Shown here: in pieces, positions 8,445 through 18,230 of the stretch
How the letters are laid out: each line of letters opens with the position of its first letter
Numbering within the stretch: the first letter of the stretch is position 1
Source of the DNA: an uncultured Chryseobacterium sp.
Lineage (GTDB): Bacteria > Bacteroidota > Bacteroidia > Flavobacteriales_F > PHOS-HE28
Assembly (NCBI GenBank): GCA_964592515.1
Contig: CAZQFG010000002.1
Location: 1-48,688, forward strand
Length of the DNA: 48,688 bases
Direction: 5' to 3'
The notes under the pieces: model-generated
The model's input: only the letters and a program-made list of their open reading frames with translations
Told to the model about the DNA's origin: nothing
Databases searched by the model: none
Translations under genes and position numbers: made by a program

Positions 8445-11400
8445 ATGGTTGAACAACGACGCCTCTGGAACGCGGTCCGCAATGCGGGTGCCGCAGTGAT
8501 CGCCCCTCTCCGTTACCTGCTGCCCGTGTTGGCAGCCTTGCTGCTATGGCAGGGCGAAGCCCGGGCCACGCACGCCATGGGTGGCGAGCTTACCTATGAA
8601 TGTGTGGGACCGAACCTGTACCGGGTACGGCTTGAATTCTACAGGGACTGTAACGGTGTTGCTGCACCGACCAACTGCAACAATGGCCGGCAGTTCCGAC
8701 TGCGCAGCACGCAGTGCAACGCCACGATAAACGCCTGCTTCGGATTGGATGGCGTGCAGATCGTGACGCCGATCTGCCTCACCGCCACGGACCGCTGCAA
8801 CAGCTCCTCTGGCGACTATGGTATTGAGCGCTACAGCTACAGCGCGGTCGTGAACCTAAGCGCATATGCTGGCTGCGGAACCGATTGGATCATTGATTGG
8901 GACCTGTGCTGCCGCAACAACGCGATCACTTCGCTGAACAACCCGGGTTCGCGCAACCTGTACCTGTATGCGCGCCTGAACAATACACTGCCTGCCTGCA
9001 ACAACTCGCCCCGCTACCTGAACACGCCGACGCCATTCGCCTGTGTGGGTCAGAGCGTAAGCTACAACCACGGATTCAACGACGTGGATGGTGACTCGCT
9101 GAGCTTTGAACTGGCCCCAGCGCTTGGCAGCAATGGCAACACGATCCCCTATAACGCGGGCTATAGTTTCCTGCAACCAGTGGTTACCAGCGGTGGTGCC
9201 AATGCGGTTCAGATCAACCCGGTGACCGGTACAATAACCTTCGTGCCGAGCATCCAGCAGTTCGCAGTGGTGACCGTCCGGGTGCGCGAATGGCGCAATG
9301 GTGTGCAGATCGGAGAGTATATCCGCGATGTGCAGTTCGCGATCATTGCCTGCAACAACAACCTGCCGCAGGTAAGTGGTGTGAACGGTACCAATCAATA
9401 CATATACAACGTTTGCGCAGGGGAGAACTTCTGTTTCACTGTGAACAGTAGTGATGCGGATGCCGGACAGGTGGTCACCATGACGTGGAACAACGGTATC
9501 CCGGGGGCCACGTTCAACATATCGGGCGGCAACCTTCCCGTGGGTACGTTCTGTTGGACACCCACTGTGAACGACATCGGCCAGAACCTGTTCTCGGTAA
9601 CCGTCCAGGATAATGCCTGTTCCTTGAACGGGGTCAACAACTTCGGTTACGTGATCCAGGTCACGCCGCCCTTCACTTCTGCGAACGCAGGACCGGACCA
9701 AAGCGTTTGCGGGACCACGGCCACTCTGGCAGGCACGTTGCCCTTTGCACAGGTACAGGGTACGTGGACCGTGGTGAACGGCAGCGGGACCTTTGCCAAC
9801 CCGAATGACCCAACATCGACCGTATCGGGTCTTGGGGCAGGCATCAACACCTTCCGCTGGACGGTGAACTACCAGACCTGCGGTACCACCAGTGATGATG
9901 TGGTGATCACCTCCTTCGATGCCGCACAGGCCGTAGCGAACGCGGGTCCGCTCCAAGAGCTTTGCCTGCCATCAACTTCCACCACGCTTGCTGCCAACAC
10001 CGCAGTAGCGCCAGCAGTGGGTACGTGGACGGTAGTGAGCGGTACTGGCACCTTCGCCAATGCGAATGCGCCTAATACCACGGTAAGCGGTCTTTCCGCT
10101 GGCAACAACGTGTTCCGCTGGACCATCAACAACGGCCCCTGCGGAGCACCAACGAGTTCCACCGTCACTATACGGGTATTCACCAATACGCAGACGCCTG
10201 CATTTGCCGGTGTCGATCAGCAGTTGTGCGCACCGATCACCTCTGCCACACTTTCTGCCAATACGGCCATTGTGCCGGCAACAGGTACATGGTCCGTGGT
10301 AAGCGGTACGGCCACCTTCGCTAACGCCAATAGTCCGAGCACCACGGTAAGTGGCCTTAGCCCAGGGGTGAACACACTGCGGTGGACGATCAACAACGGA
10401 CCGTGCATCCCTTCGACCACCACGGATGACATGGTGATCACAGTGTTCGACCCGAACAGTCCAGCAGCCAATGCTGGTCCTGACCAACAGGTTTGTTCCA
10501 CGAGCACCACGTTGGCCGGTTCAACGCCAACCGCTCCTGCAACAGGCGCCTGGTCGGTTATCAGTGGTTCTGGCACCTTCGCTGATGCGACCAGCCCCAA
10601 CACCACGGTCACTGGCCTCGCCATTGGCAACAATGTGTTCCAATGGACCGCGAACAACGGTCCTTGCGCCAACGGCATTACCACCGATCAAGTGGTGATC
10701 ACTCGCTTCAACTCAACGTTGGACGCCGCTGCAGCTGGTCCTGACCAAGATCTTTGTACAACAGGTTCGACCGGTGTTGCCAGTACCACCATGGCCGGTT
10801 CCGTTGTTGCATTGCCGGCCACCGGTACATGGACCATTCAGTCCGGTCCTGCTGGTGCAGTGATCGCCAACCCCGCCAGCCCGACCACGGGCGTGAGCAA
10901 CCTGGGCATAGGAACCTACGTGTTGCGCTGGACGGTGAACAATGGTCCCTGTGTTCCGCCCACATCCTTTGATGAGGTCACCATTCGCGTGTTCAACAGG
11001 AGCGCACCCGCTGCACAAGCCGGCAGTAACGTTAACCTGTGCTCGCCAGTGACCAGTGTTACTCTTGCAGCGAACGCTGCTGTGAGCCCTGCGGTGGGTA
11101 CATGGACCGTGGTTAGTGGCTCGGGCACATTCTCCAACGTCAATAGCCCAACGGCAACGGTCACGGCTATTGGCCTTGGGGCCAACGTTTACCAGTGGAG
11201 CATCTCCAATGGTCCGTGCCCGGGGGCTGTCACCACGAGCACTGTGACGGTGACCATCTTCAACTCGGCAACAGCCAGTGCGAATGCCGGACCCGATCAA
11301 CAGTTATGCGGTGCTACCAGCGCCACGCTGGGGGGCAACGTAGTTGCAGCACCCGCGCAGGGCACATGGACCTTGGTGAGCGGTACTGCCACCATTGCCA

Positions 11401-14400
11401 ACCCCAACAACCCCACTACATCGGTGAACGGCCTGGGCACTGGAGCCACTGTGCTGCGCTGGACAGTGAATAATGGCCCATGCGGTAGCAGCAACGATGA
11501 AGTGACGCTGTTCAACTTCGATCCGAACAACTCCATCGCGAACGCAGGTCCCGACCAGAATATCTGTGTGCCAGTGGCGCCCAACGCGGTGTTCATGGCC
11601 GCAAGTGCCGTCACCTTCCCGGCCACTGGTACCTGGACCATCGTTAGCGGAAGCGGCACCATCGTAAGCCCGAACAGCCCGACCACCCAGATCAGCAACC
11701 TGCCGGTGGGCATCCACGAGTTCCAGTGGACCGTGAGCAACGGACCCTGCCCCGGTGGTGTGACCAGCGATGTGGTCCGGATACAGGTCTTCGACTTTTC
11801 GAACCCTGTTGCCAATGCGGGTCCTGACCAGTCCATCTGCTCCGCGAGCGGAAGCACTACGCTGGCGGGCAGCTCGATAACGGTGCCTGCAACGGGCACA
11901 TGGACCTTGGTGAGCGGTACGGGTGTGATCACCGATCCGGCCAGCCCAACAAGTTCGGTGACCGGCCTCGGTATTGGACAGAACATATTCCAATGGACGG
12001 TGGACAATGGCCCCTGCACAGGGATCACCACCGACCAGATGAGCATCTTCATCTATGACCCGAACAACCCGGCCGCTAACGCTGGCCCTTCGCAGAGCTT
12101 CTGCACACCTGTGACCAGCACCACTATGCAGGGTAGTGCGGTGACCTTCCCGGCGCAAGGCACATGGACCCAGGCCTCGGGTCCGGTGGCCACGATCGTT
12201 TCACCGAACGACCCGGCCACGGCCATCACAGGCATTGGAGTTGGCGTGAGCACGTTCGTTTGGACCGTGAACAACGGAGCGTGCGCGAACCCCATCACCA
12301 GCAGCTCCATGACCATTACGCTCGCCGATGGTGATGCGCAATCCGCGGATGCCGGACCGGATCAGTCGATCTGTGGCACTGCCACGGGTACCTCGTTGGC
12401 CGGTAATGCACCTGTGGGAGTGGCTACTGGTAGCTGGAGCGTGGTAAGCGGTACGGCCACCTTCGCCAATGCGGCAAGCCCAACCACTACAGTAAGTGGC
12501 TTGGGCGTCGGGGTGAACGTGTTGCGTTGGAGCATCGATAACGGAGCCTGCGGTATCACCAGCGATGTGGTGACGATCTTGGTGTATGACCCAAGCAACC
12601 CGGTGGCCAACGCAGGCAATGACCTGCAACTGTGCACGCCTGCCTCGAGCGCAACACTGAACGGCAGTGCGCTTACGCTGCCCGCTGTAGGTCAATGGAC
12701 CTTGGTAAGCGGTAGTGGCAGCATTGCCAACCCTGCCGGACCCACTACGGTGGTTAACGGATTGGCGGTAGGGGAGAACGTGTTCCAGTGGCAGGTCAAC
12801 AACGGCGCCTGTCCGGATGCCATCACCACGGACCTGATCAGTGTGTTCGTGTATGACAACACCGGAGCTGCCGCGAACGCGGGTGCCGATCAGGAAGTGT
12901 GCACGCCCACATCGTCCGTGTCAATGTCAGGTAACACGCCCACCTTCCCGGGTATCGGTCAATGGACCTTGATCGCTGGTGGCGGTAGCATTGCACAGCC
13001 CAACAACCCGAACACTGCCATCAACAACCTGCCGGTAGGGGTGAACATCTTCGCATGGACCATCATCAACGGTCCTTGCGGTAGCACCTCGGACCAAGTA
13101 GTGATCCGTGTGTATGATGCATTGAATCCTGTGGCGAACGCAGGTGTTGATCAGCAGATCTGCACACCCAACACAAGCACCACACTACAGGGCAGCAACC
13201 TCACCATTCCCGCCACGGGAACATGGAGCTTGGTGAGCGGCACGGGTACCATTGCCGACCCCACCAACCCTGCCAGCGCCGTTACAGGCCTGGCCATTGG
13301 TGAGAACGTGTTCCAATGGAGCGTAAGCAACGGCCCATGTGCCAACTCGCAGACCAATGATCTGGTGAGCATCTTCGTGTTCGACGAGGACCAGGAGCCT
13401 GCAGCGGCCGGTCCGGACCAGGACCTCTGCACTCCTGAGAGCGAGGCGACCCTTGCGGCCAATACACCCACTTTCCCCGCTGAAGGCATGTGGTTCCAAG
13501 TGGCCGGCCTCGGTACCATTACCGATCCCAGCGACCCCAACACCACGGTGACCGGCCTGCCTGTGGGTACGCATGAGTTCCAGTGGATGATCACCAACGG
13601 TCCCTGCGCGAACGGCGAGACCACTGATAACATGGTGATCCGTGTGTATGACGCTAACAACCTGCCGGCCGATGCAGGTGCTGATCAGGAACTATGCACC
13701 CCGCAGACCAGCACTTCGCTGCAGGGCAGCGCGGTGATATCCCCCTCAGTTGGCACGTGGACCGTAGTGAGCGGCACTGGTGTGTTCGCCAACACGAATG
13801 ATCCCAATACGACCGTTAGCGGTCTCTCCATTGGCGCCAATGTCTTCCGCTGGAGCGTGAATAACGGCCCCTGCGGACCCGTGACCTCCGACGAGGTGAC
13901 GATCCTGCTCTTCGATGCGGACAATGCAGTTGCTGATGCTGGACAGGACCTACAGCAGTGCACGCCGAACACCGTGGCCACGCTGTTCGGTAGCACGGTG
14001 GTCTTCCCTGGCACTGGCCTATGGACCTTGGTGAGCGGTACGGGTGTGATCACCGATCCCACCAGCGCCGTTACTACGGTGACCGACCTGGGGGTTGGAG
14101 AGAACATCTTTCAGTGGACAGTGAGCAATGGACCTTGCGCAAACGGTGTCACCAGCGATCAGATCAGCATCTTCATCTTCGATCTGAACAACCCACCAGC
14201 CAACGCAGGTGCCGATCAACAGCTGTGCACGCCGCAGGTGAGCACCAACATGCAGGGCGTGGCGCCCACCTTCCCGGCCTTCGGGACATGGACCTTGCTG
14301 AGCGGCCAGGGCACGATCGTCGACCCCAGCGACCCCAACTCGCTGATCACCGACCTTGGCGTGGGTGAGAACAAGTTCCTTTGGACCATCGACAACGGGC

Positions 14401-17400
14401 CCTGCGAGAACAGTGGCAGCATTGATGTGGTCAGCATTTTCGTGTTCGATGGCAACAATGCTGATGCCAACGCTGGTGCGGACCAGGAGCTGTGTACGCC
14501 GAACATTGTCACCACCAACCTGCAAGGCAGCGCGGTGACCTTCCCCGCTGTGGGTACGTGGACGCTCGTGAGCGGTACCGGTACCATTGCGAACCCCAAC
14601 GACCCGAACACCGTGGTCTTCGACATAAGCATCGGAGAGAGCGTTTTCGAGTGGACGGTGAGCAACGGCCCCTGCGCCAATGGCGTGACCACCGACCAGG
14701 TGAGCATCCGCGTCTACGATTCGGATCTGCCCGTGGCCAATGCCGGTGCCGATCAGCAACTGTGCACGCCGAACACCACGGCCCAGCTTAGCGGCAGCCC
14801 CATCGTGTTCCCCGCCATAGGCACTTGGACCATTCAAAGCGGTACCGGTACCATCACCGACCCCAATGATCCCAACACCACCATTACCGGTCTGGGTGTG
14901 GGTGTCATCGTGGTGCGCTGGACCGTGAATAACGGAGCCTGCCCGGAGGGCGTCACCACGGATGAGATGGTGATCACCCTCTACGATGAGAACAACCTGG
15001 TAGCCGATGCGGGTCCCGATCAGGAACTGTGCAGCGATGACGCCACTACCACCATGGACGGCAGTGCAGTGATCTTCCCTGCAACAGGTACTTGGACGTT
15101 GGTGAACGGTACGGGTACCATTGCCGATCCAAGCAACCCCAACACCGCCATTAGCGGCCTCGGAATTGGAGAGAACATCTTCCAGTGGGTGGTGAACAAC
15201 GGTGTTTGCGCCAACCCGCAGACCACGGACGTGGTAAGCATCTTCGTGTTCGACGTGAACAACCCGGATGCCGATGCCGGCCCGGACCAGGAGGTATGCA
15301 CTCCGCTTACCAGCGCGGCCATGACCGGTAGCAGCATCACCTTCCCGGCCGTGGGTACCTGGACGCTGATCTCAGGCCAAGGCACCATCACCGACCCGAA
15401 CGATCCTGCCACCACCATCACCGATCTGGGTGTTGGTACGAACGTGTTCGAGTGGACCGTGGATAACGGCGACGGTTGTGCCAACAGTCTCACCACCGAT
15501 CAGGTGACCATCGTTCTATTCGATGCCGATGCACCGCCCGCCGATGCAGGAGCTGACCAAGAGATCTGCTCACCTGACGATACTGTGACCTTGACCGGTA
15601 ACGCACCTGTGGGTGCTGCCATTGGTGTGTGGACACTGGCCCAGGGCACTGGCGTGATCGCCGACCCCTTCAGCCCCACCACCACGGTGAGCGGCCTTGC
15701 CATAGGTGAGAACATCTTCCGCTGGACCCTCACCGGTGGAGCGTGCGTGACCACCGATGATGAGGTGAGCATCTTCGTCTTCGATCCGAACAACCCCATT
15801 GCGAACGCAGGCCTCGACCAGGAGTTGTGCATGCCGCAAGACAGTGTGTTCATGGCAGGCAGCCAAGTGATCATACCGGCTATTGGTACATGGACCCTGA
15901 TCAGCGGCGCAGGCACCCCTGTGAACGCCAACGACCCCGGTACGTTGATCGAAGGCTTGGCCATCGGTGTGAACGTGTTCCAGTGGGAAGTGTACAACGG
16001 AGCTTGCGAGACCACGCCGACCTTCGACCTGGTCACCATTACGCTCTATGGAGACTCCACCACGCCTGCGATCGCAGGTCCGGACTTGGAGTCCTGCCTA
16101 CCGATAACGCAAGTACAACTGCAGGGCGAACAACCCATTGCACCAGGCGTGGGCACTTGGTCGGTTATCGCTGGTACCGGTGTATTCGCCGATCCGAACG
16201 ATCCCACCACGGTGGTGTCGGGCCTCTCACAGGGTGTGAACACCTTCGTTTGGACACTCGATTGGTTCCCCTGCCCGAACAATGGTATCCTTACCGATAC
16301 AGTGACCGTAAGGGTATATAACCCGAACGCGCCGTTGGCGGATGCTGGAGCCGACCAGCAGCTCTGTACGCCCACCACAGAGACCTTCATGGAAGGCAAC
16401 TCACCGGAGATCCCGGGCATTGGTACATGGACCCTGCTGAGCGGTTCGGGTACGATCGTGAGCCCCAACGATGCCAATACGCAGATCACCGATCTCGCCA
16501 TCGGTATCAACGAGTTCATTTGGACCATCTACAACGGCAACTGCGGCTTCGGTCCGCCAAGCCAGGACACCGTGCGTGTGTTCGTTCATGATGGTGAGGC
16601 CACGCCCGCAACGGCCGGTAATGATATCAGCTGGTGCACACCCACCAACAGCGCTGTGCTGGTGGCCAACGACCCCACCTTCCCGGCCACTGGACTGTGG
16701 ACCTCGTTGAGCGGCACCGGTACGTTGGCCGAACCCACCGACCCGAACACGGCGGTATTCAGCCTCGGTGTTGGTCAGCACGACTTCCTGTGGACCATTG
16801 ACAATGGCGCTTGTGGTTCCACCAGCGATACCATCAGTGTATTCATCTTCGATGGAGAGAGCGAAGCGGCCAACGCAGGCCCTGATCAAGAGCTGTGCAC
16901 ACCGAACACCAGCACTTCTCTTGCAGGTAATGCAGTGGTGTTCCCGGCCACCGGTTCATGGACAGTGATCTCAGGCACCGGCACCTTCGCGGATGCCAAC
17001 GATCCCGCGACCACGGTATCCGGCCTCTCTATCGGTGCCAATGTATTCCGCTGGACAATCATCAATGGACCCTGCGGTGACACGGAAGATGATGTGGTGA
17101 TAACGCTGTTCGATGAGGATCAGCCTGCCGCCAATGCTGGTGGCGATCAACAGATATGCACACCTACCAACAGTGTTACTCTTCAGGGTAGTGTGGTCAC
17201 TTTCCCCGCAGTGGGTACTTGGGTGTTCGTGAGCGGCACAGGCACACTGAGCGATCCCAACAGTCCCACCGCCACGTTAAGCGGACTTGGTGTGGGCAGT
17301 GTTACGCTGCAGTGGCAGGTGGACAACGGTCCTTGCGGTGCTGTCACGACCGATGAGGTCACCATCAACGTCTTCGACAATGGTGGCGCCGTTGCGCTAG

Positions 17401-18230
17401 CTGGTCCCGATCAGGACTTCTGCTCGCCGGTAACGGGCACGGTCACCATGTTCGCCAGTTCGCCTGTGGCACCAGGCGTGGGCCAATGGACACTGCTCAT
17501 TGGTTCCGGAACCATTGCTGATCCGACAAACCCCTTTACGGTGGTCACCGGTCTCGGCATCGGCGAGAACCGCTTCCAGTGGACCATTGACAACGGCCCC
17601 TGCGGAAGCACCAGCGATGAGGTAAGCCTTACTGTGTACAACAGCACGGTACCTCCTGCGAACGCCGGTCCCGACCAAGAGTTCTGTCAGGACATCCGGT
17701 CCACGCAGCTCAATGCTGAGGCGGTGTTCTCCACGGCCACGGGTGTGTGGTCGGTGCTGGATCCCAGCGGTGGCAACGCCATCATTTCGCAACCGAACGA
17801 TCCTGAGAGCGATGTAGAGGGTTTCCAGCTGATCCAGCTGCCGACCACGGAATATGCATTCATCTGGAGCGTTACCAATGGTCCCTTCCCGGTCGGTTCG
17901 CCATGCGGACCTACGGCCGACACCATGATGGTGCGCATCAAGGATTGTGTGACAGTAAAGGTCCCGGATGCTTTCTCGCCCAACGGTGATGGCGTGAACG
18001 ATGTGCTGGTGATCACCAACATCGAGACCTATCCGAACAACCGCATCACCATCTTCAATCGCTGGGGCAGCAAGGTCTATGAAGCAAGCCCTTACCGGAA
18101 CCAGTGGGATGGCACGAGCCAGTTCGGCGCCATGTACGGTGAGACACTTCCAGAGTCCACCTATTACTATGTCCTTGACCTCGGTGACGGCAGTGATGCC
18201 CGTACCGGCTTCATCTACCTGCGCCGATGA
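8445..18230 (+). CDS. Giant cell-surface repeat adhesin with T9SS type-B (gliding-motility-associated / CHU_C) C-terminal domain
   Basis: The track ORF starts at a TTG (8166). The ATG at 8445 gives the signal peptide MVEQRR...LLPVLAALLLWQGEARA; ATGs at 8397 and 8421 are alternatives. The protein is 3,261 aa: a Cys-rich head (HAMGGELTYEC, WDLCCRN, DVDGDSLSF), then 31 tandem repeats, then the CTD. The stop overlaps the next gene's start (ATGA). Confidence 0.9.
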   Translation: MVEQRRLWNAVRNAGAAVIAPLRYLLPVLAALLLWQGEARATHAMGGELTYECVGPNLYRVRLEFYRDCNGVAAPTNCNNGRQFRLRSTQCNATINACFGLDGVQIVTPICLTATDRCNSSSGDYGIERYSYSAVVNLSAYAGCGTDWIIDWDLCCRNNAITSLNNPGSRNLYLYARLNNTLPACNNSPRYLNTPTPFACVGQSVSYNHGFNDVDGDSLSFELAPALGSNGNTIPYNAGYSFLQPVVTSGGANAVQINPVTGTITFVPSIQQFAVVTVRVREWRNGVQIGEYIRDVQFAIIACNNNLPQVSGVNGTNQYIYNVCAGENFCFTVNSSDADAGQVVTMTWNNGIPGATFNISGGNLPVGTFCWTPTVNDIGQNLFSVTVQDNACSLNGVNNFGYVIQVTPPFTSANAGPDQSVCGTTATLAGTLPFAQVQGTWTVVNGSGTFANPNDPTSTVSGLGAGINTFRWTVNYQTCGTTSDDVVITSFDAAQAVANAGPLQELCLPSTSTTLAANTAVAPAVGTWTVVSGTGTFANANAPNTTVSGLSAGNNVFRWTINNGPCGAPTSSTVTIRVFTNTQTPAFAGVDQQLCAPITSATLSANTAIVPATGTWSVVSGTATFANANSPSTTVSGLSPGVNTLRWTINNGPCIPSTTTDDMVITVFDPNSPAANAGPDQQVCSTSTTLAGSTPTAPATGAWSVISGSGTFADATSPNTTVTGLAIGNNVFQWTANNGPCANGITTDQVVITRFNSTLDAAAAGPDQDLCTTGSTGVASTTMAGSVVALPATGTWTIQSGPAGAVIANPASPTTGVSNLGIGTYVLRWTVNNGPCVPPTSFDEVTIRVFNRSAPAAQAGSNVNLCSPVTSVTLAANAAVSPAVGTWTVVSGSGTFSNVNSPTATVTAIGLGANVYQWSISNGPCPGAVTTSTVTVTIFNSATASANAGPDQQLCGATSATLGGNVVAAPAQGTWTLVSGTATIANPNNPTTSVNGLGTGATVLRWTVNNGPCGSSNDEVTLFNFDPNNSIANAGPDQNICVPVAPNAVFMAASAVTFPATGTWTIVSGSGTIVSPNSPTTQISNLPVGIHEFQWTVSNGPCPGGVTSDVVRIQVFDFSNPVANAGPDQSICSASGSTTLAGSSITVPATGTWTLVSGTGVITDPASPTSSVTGLGIGQNIFQWTVDNGPCTGITTDQMSIFIYDPNNPAANAGPSQSFCTPVTSTTMQGSAVTFPAQGTWTQASGPVATIVSPNDPATAITGIGVGVSTFVWTVNNGACANPITSSSMTITLADGDAQSADAGPDQSICGTATGTSLAGNAPVGVATGSWSVVSGTATFANAASPTTTVSGLGVGVNVLRWSIDNGACGITSDVVTILVYDPSNPVANAGNDLQLCTPASSATLNGSALTLPAVGQWTLVSGSGSIANPAGPTTVVNGLAVGENVFQWQVNNGACPDAITTDLISVFVYDNTGAAANAGADQEVCTPTSSVSMSGNTPTFPGIGQWTLIAGGGSIAQPNNPNTAINNLPVGVNIFAWTIINGPCGSTSDQVVIRVYDALNPVANAGVDQQICTPNTSTTLQGSNLTIPATGTWSLVSGTGTIADPTNPASAVTGLAIGENVFQWSVSNGPCANSQTNDLVSIFVFDEDQEPAAAGPDQDLCTPESEATLAANTPTFPAEGMWFQVAGLGTITDPSDPNTTVTGLPVGTHEFQWMITNGPCANGETTDNMVIRVYDANNLPADAGADQELCTPQTSTSLQGSAVISPSVGTWTVVSGTGVFANTNDPNTTVSGLSIGANVFRWSVNNGPCGPVTSDEVTILLFDADNAVADAGQDLQQCTPNTVATLFGSTVVFPGTGLWTLVSGTGVITDPTSAVTTVTDLGVGENIFQWTVSNGPCANGVTSDQISIFIFDLNNPPANAGADQQLCTPQVSTNMQGVAPTFPAFGTWTLLSGQGTIVDPSDPNSLITDLGVGENKFLWTIDNGPCENSGSIDVVSIFVFDGNNADANAGADQELCTPNIVTTNLQGSAVTFPAVGTWTLVSGTGTIANPNDPNTVVFDISIGESVFEWTVSNGPCANGVTTDQVSIRVYDSDLPVANAGADQQLCTPNTTAQLSGSPIVFPAIGTWTIQSGTGTITDPNDPNTTITGLGVGVIVVRWTVNNGACPEGVTTDEMVITLYDENNLVADAGPDQELCSDDATTTMDGSAVIFPATGTWTLVNGTGTIADPSNPNTAISGLGIGENIFQWVVNNGVCANPQTTDVVSIFVFDVNNPDADAGPDQEVCTPLTSAAMTGSSITFPAVGTWTLISGQGTITDPNDPATTITDLGVGTNVFEWTVDNGDGCANSLTTDQVTIVLFDADAPPADAGADQEICSPDDTVTLTGNAPVGAAIGVWTLAQGTGVIADPFSPTTTVSGLAIGENIFRWTLTGGACVTTDDEVSIFVFDPNNPIANAGLDQELCMPQDSVFMAGSQVIIPAIGTWTLISGAGTPVNANDPGTLIEGLAIGVNVFQWEVYNGACETTPTFDLVTITLYGDSTTPAIAGPDLESCLPITQVQLQGEQPIAPGVGTWSVIAGTGVFADPNDPTTVVSGLSQGVNTFVWTLDWFPCPNNGILTDTVTVRVYNPNAPLADAGADQQLCTPTTETFMEGNSPEIPGIGTWTLLSGSGTIVSPNDANTQITDLAIGINEFIWTIYNGNCGFGPPSQDTVRVFVHDGEATPATAGNDISWCTPTNSAVLVANDPTFPATGLWTSLSGTGTLAEPTDPNTAVFSLGVGQHDFLWTIDNGACGSTSDTISVFIFDGESEAANAGPDQELCTPNTSTSLAGNAVVFPATGSWTVISGTGTFADANDPATTVSGLSIGANVFRWTIINGPCGDTEDDVVITLFDEDQPAANAGGDQQICTPTNSVTLQGSVVTFPAVGTWVFVSGTGTLSDPNSPTATLSGLGVGSVTLQWQVDNGPCGAVTTDEVTINVFDNGGAVALAGPDQDFCSPVTGTVTMFASSPVAPGVGQWTLLIGSGTIADPTNPFTVVTGLGIGENRFQWTIDNGPCGSTSDEVSLTVYNSTVPPANAGPDQEFCQDIRSTQLNAEAVFSTATGVWSVLDPSGGNAIISQPNDPESDVEGFQLIQLPTTEYAFIWSVTNGPFPVGSPCGPTADTMMVRIKDCVTVKVPDAFSPNGDGVNDVLVITNIETYPNNRITIFNRWGSKVYEASPYRNQWDGTSQFGAMYGETLPESTYYYVLDLGDGSDARTGFIYLRR
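9681..17948 (+). repeat. 31 in-frame tandem coding repeats (85-97 aa, mean ~89 aa / ~267 nt)
   Basis: Each unit reads approximately ANAG-P/A-DQ-x-x-C ... G-T-W-T-L-V-S-G-T-G-T-I ... P-N-T-T-V-S-G-L ... N-x-F-x-W-T-V-x-N-G-P-C ... T-D-x-V-x-I-x-V-F-D. I counted the units one by one. The first three unit starts are at 9681, 9936 and 10200. Confidence 0.92.
17949..18227 (+). other. T9SS type-B C-terminal sorting domain (CHU_C / gliding-motility-associated CTD)
   Basis: Sequence: VKVPDAFSPNGDGVNDVLVITNIETYPNNRITIFNRWGSKVYE...WDG...LPESTYYYVLDLGDGSDARTGFIYLRR. This is the characteristic PNAFSPNGDGxND ... NRWG ... YYY pattern. Confidence 0.88.

Noticed and set aside
8856-17792. Dozens of 60-370-aa ORFs on the minus strand and in the off-frames of the plus strand inside the giant adhesin gene, for example 8856-9956, 11304-12158 and 14019-14837.
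   Set aside because: They are antisense or out-of-frame shadows of one continuous, strongly repeat-structured coding frame in GC-rich DNA. Their translations are Arg/Gly/His-rich low-complexity strings with no motifs, signal peptides or sensible boundaries.
9681-17948. Regular ~267-nt periodicity, which could superficially suggest a CRISPR array or satellite.
   Set aside because: The period is far longer than CRISPR repeat-plus-spacer units and there are no short exact direct repeats separated by unique spacers. The whole region is one open reading frame with protein-level conservation.
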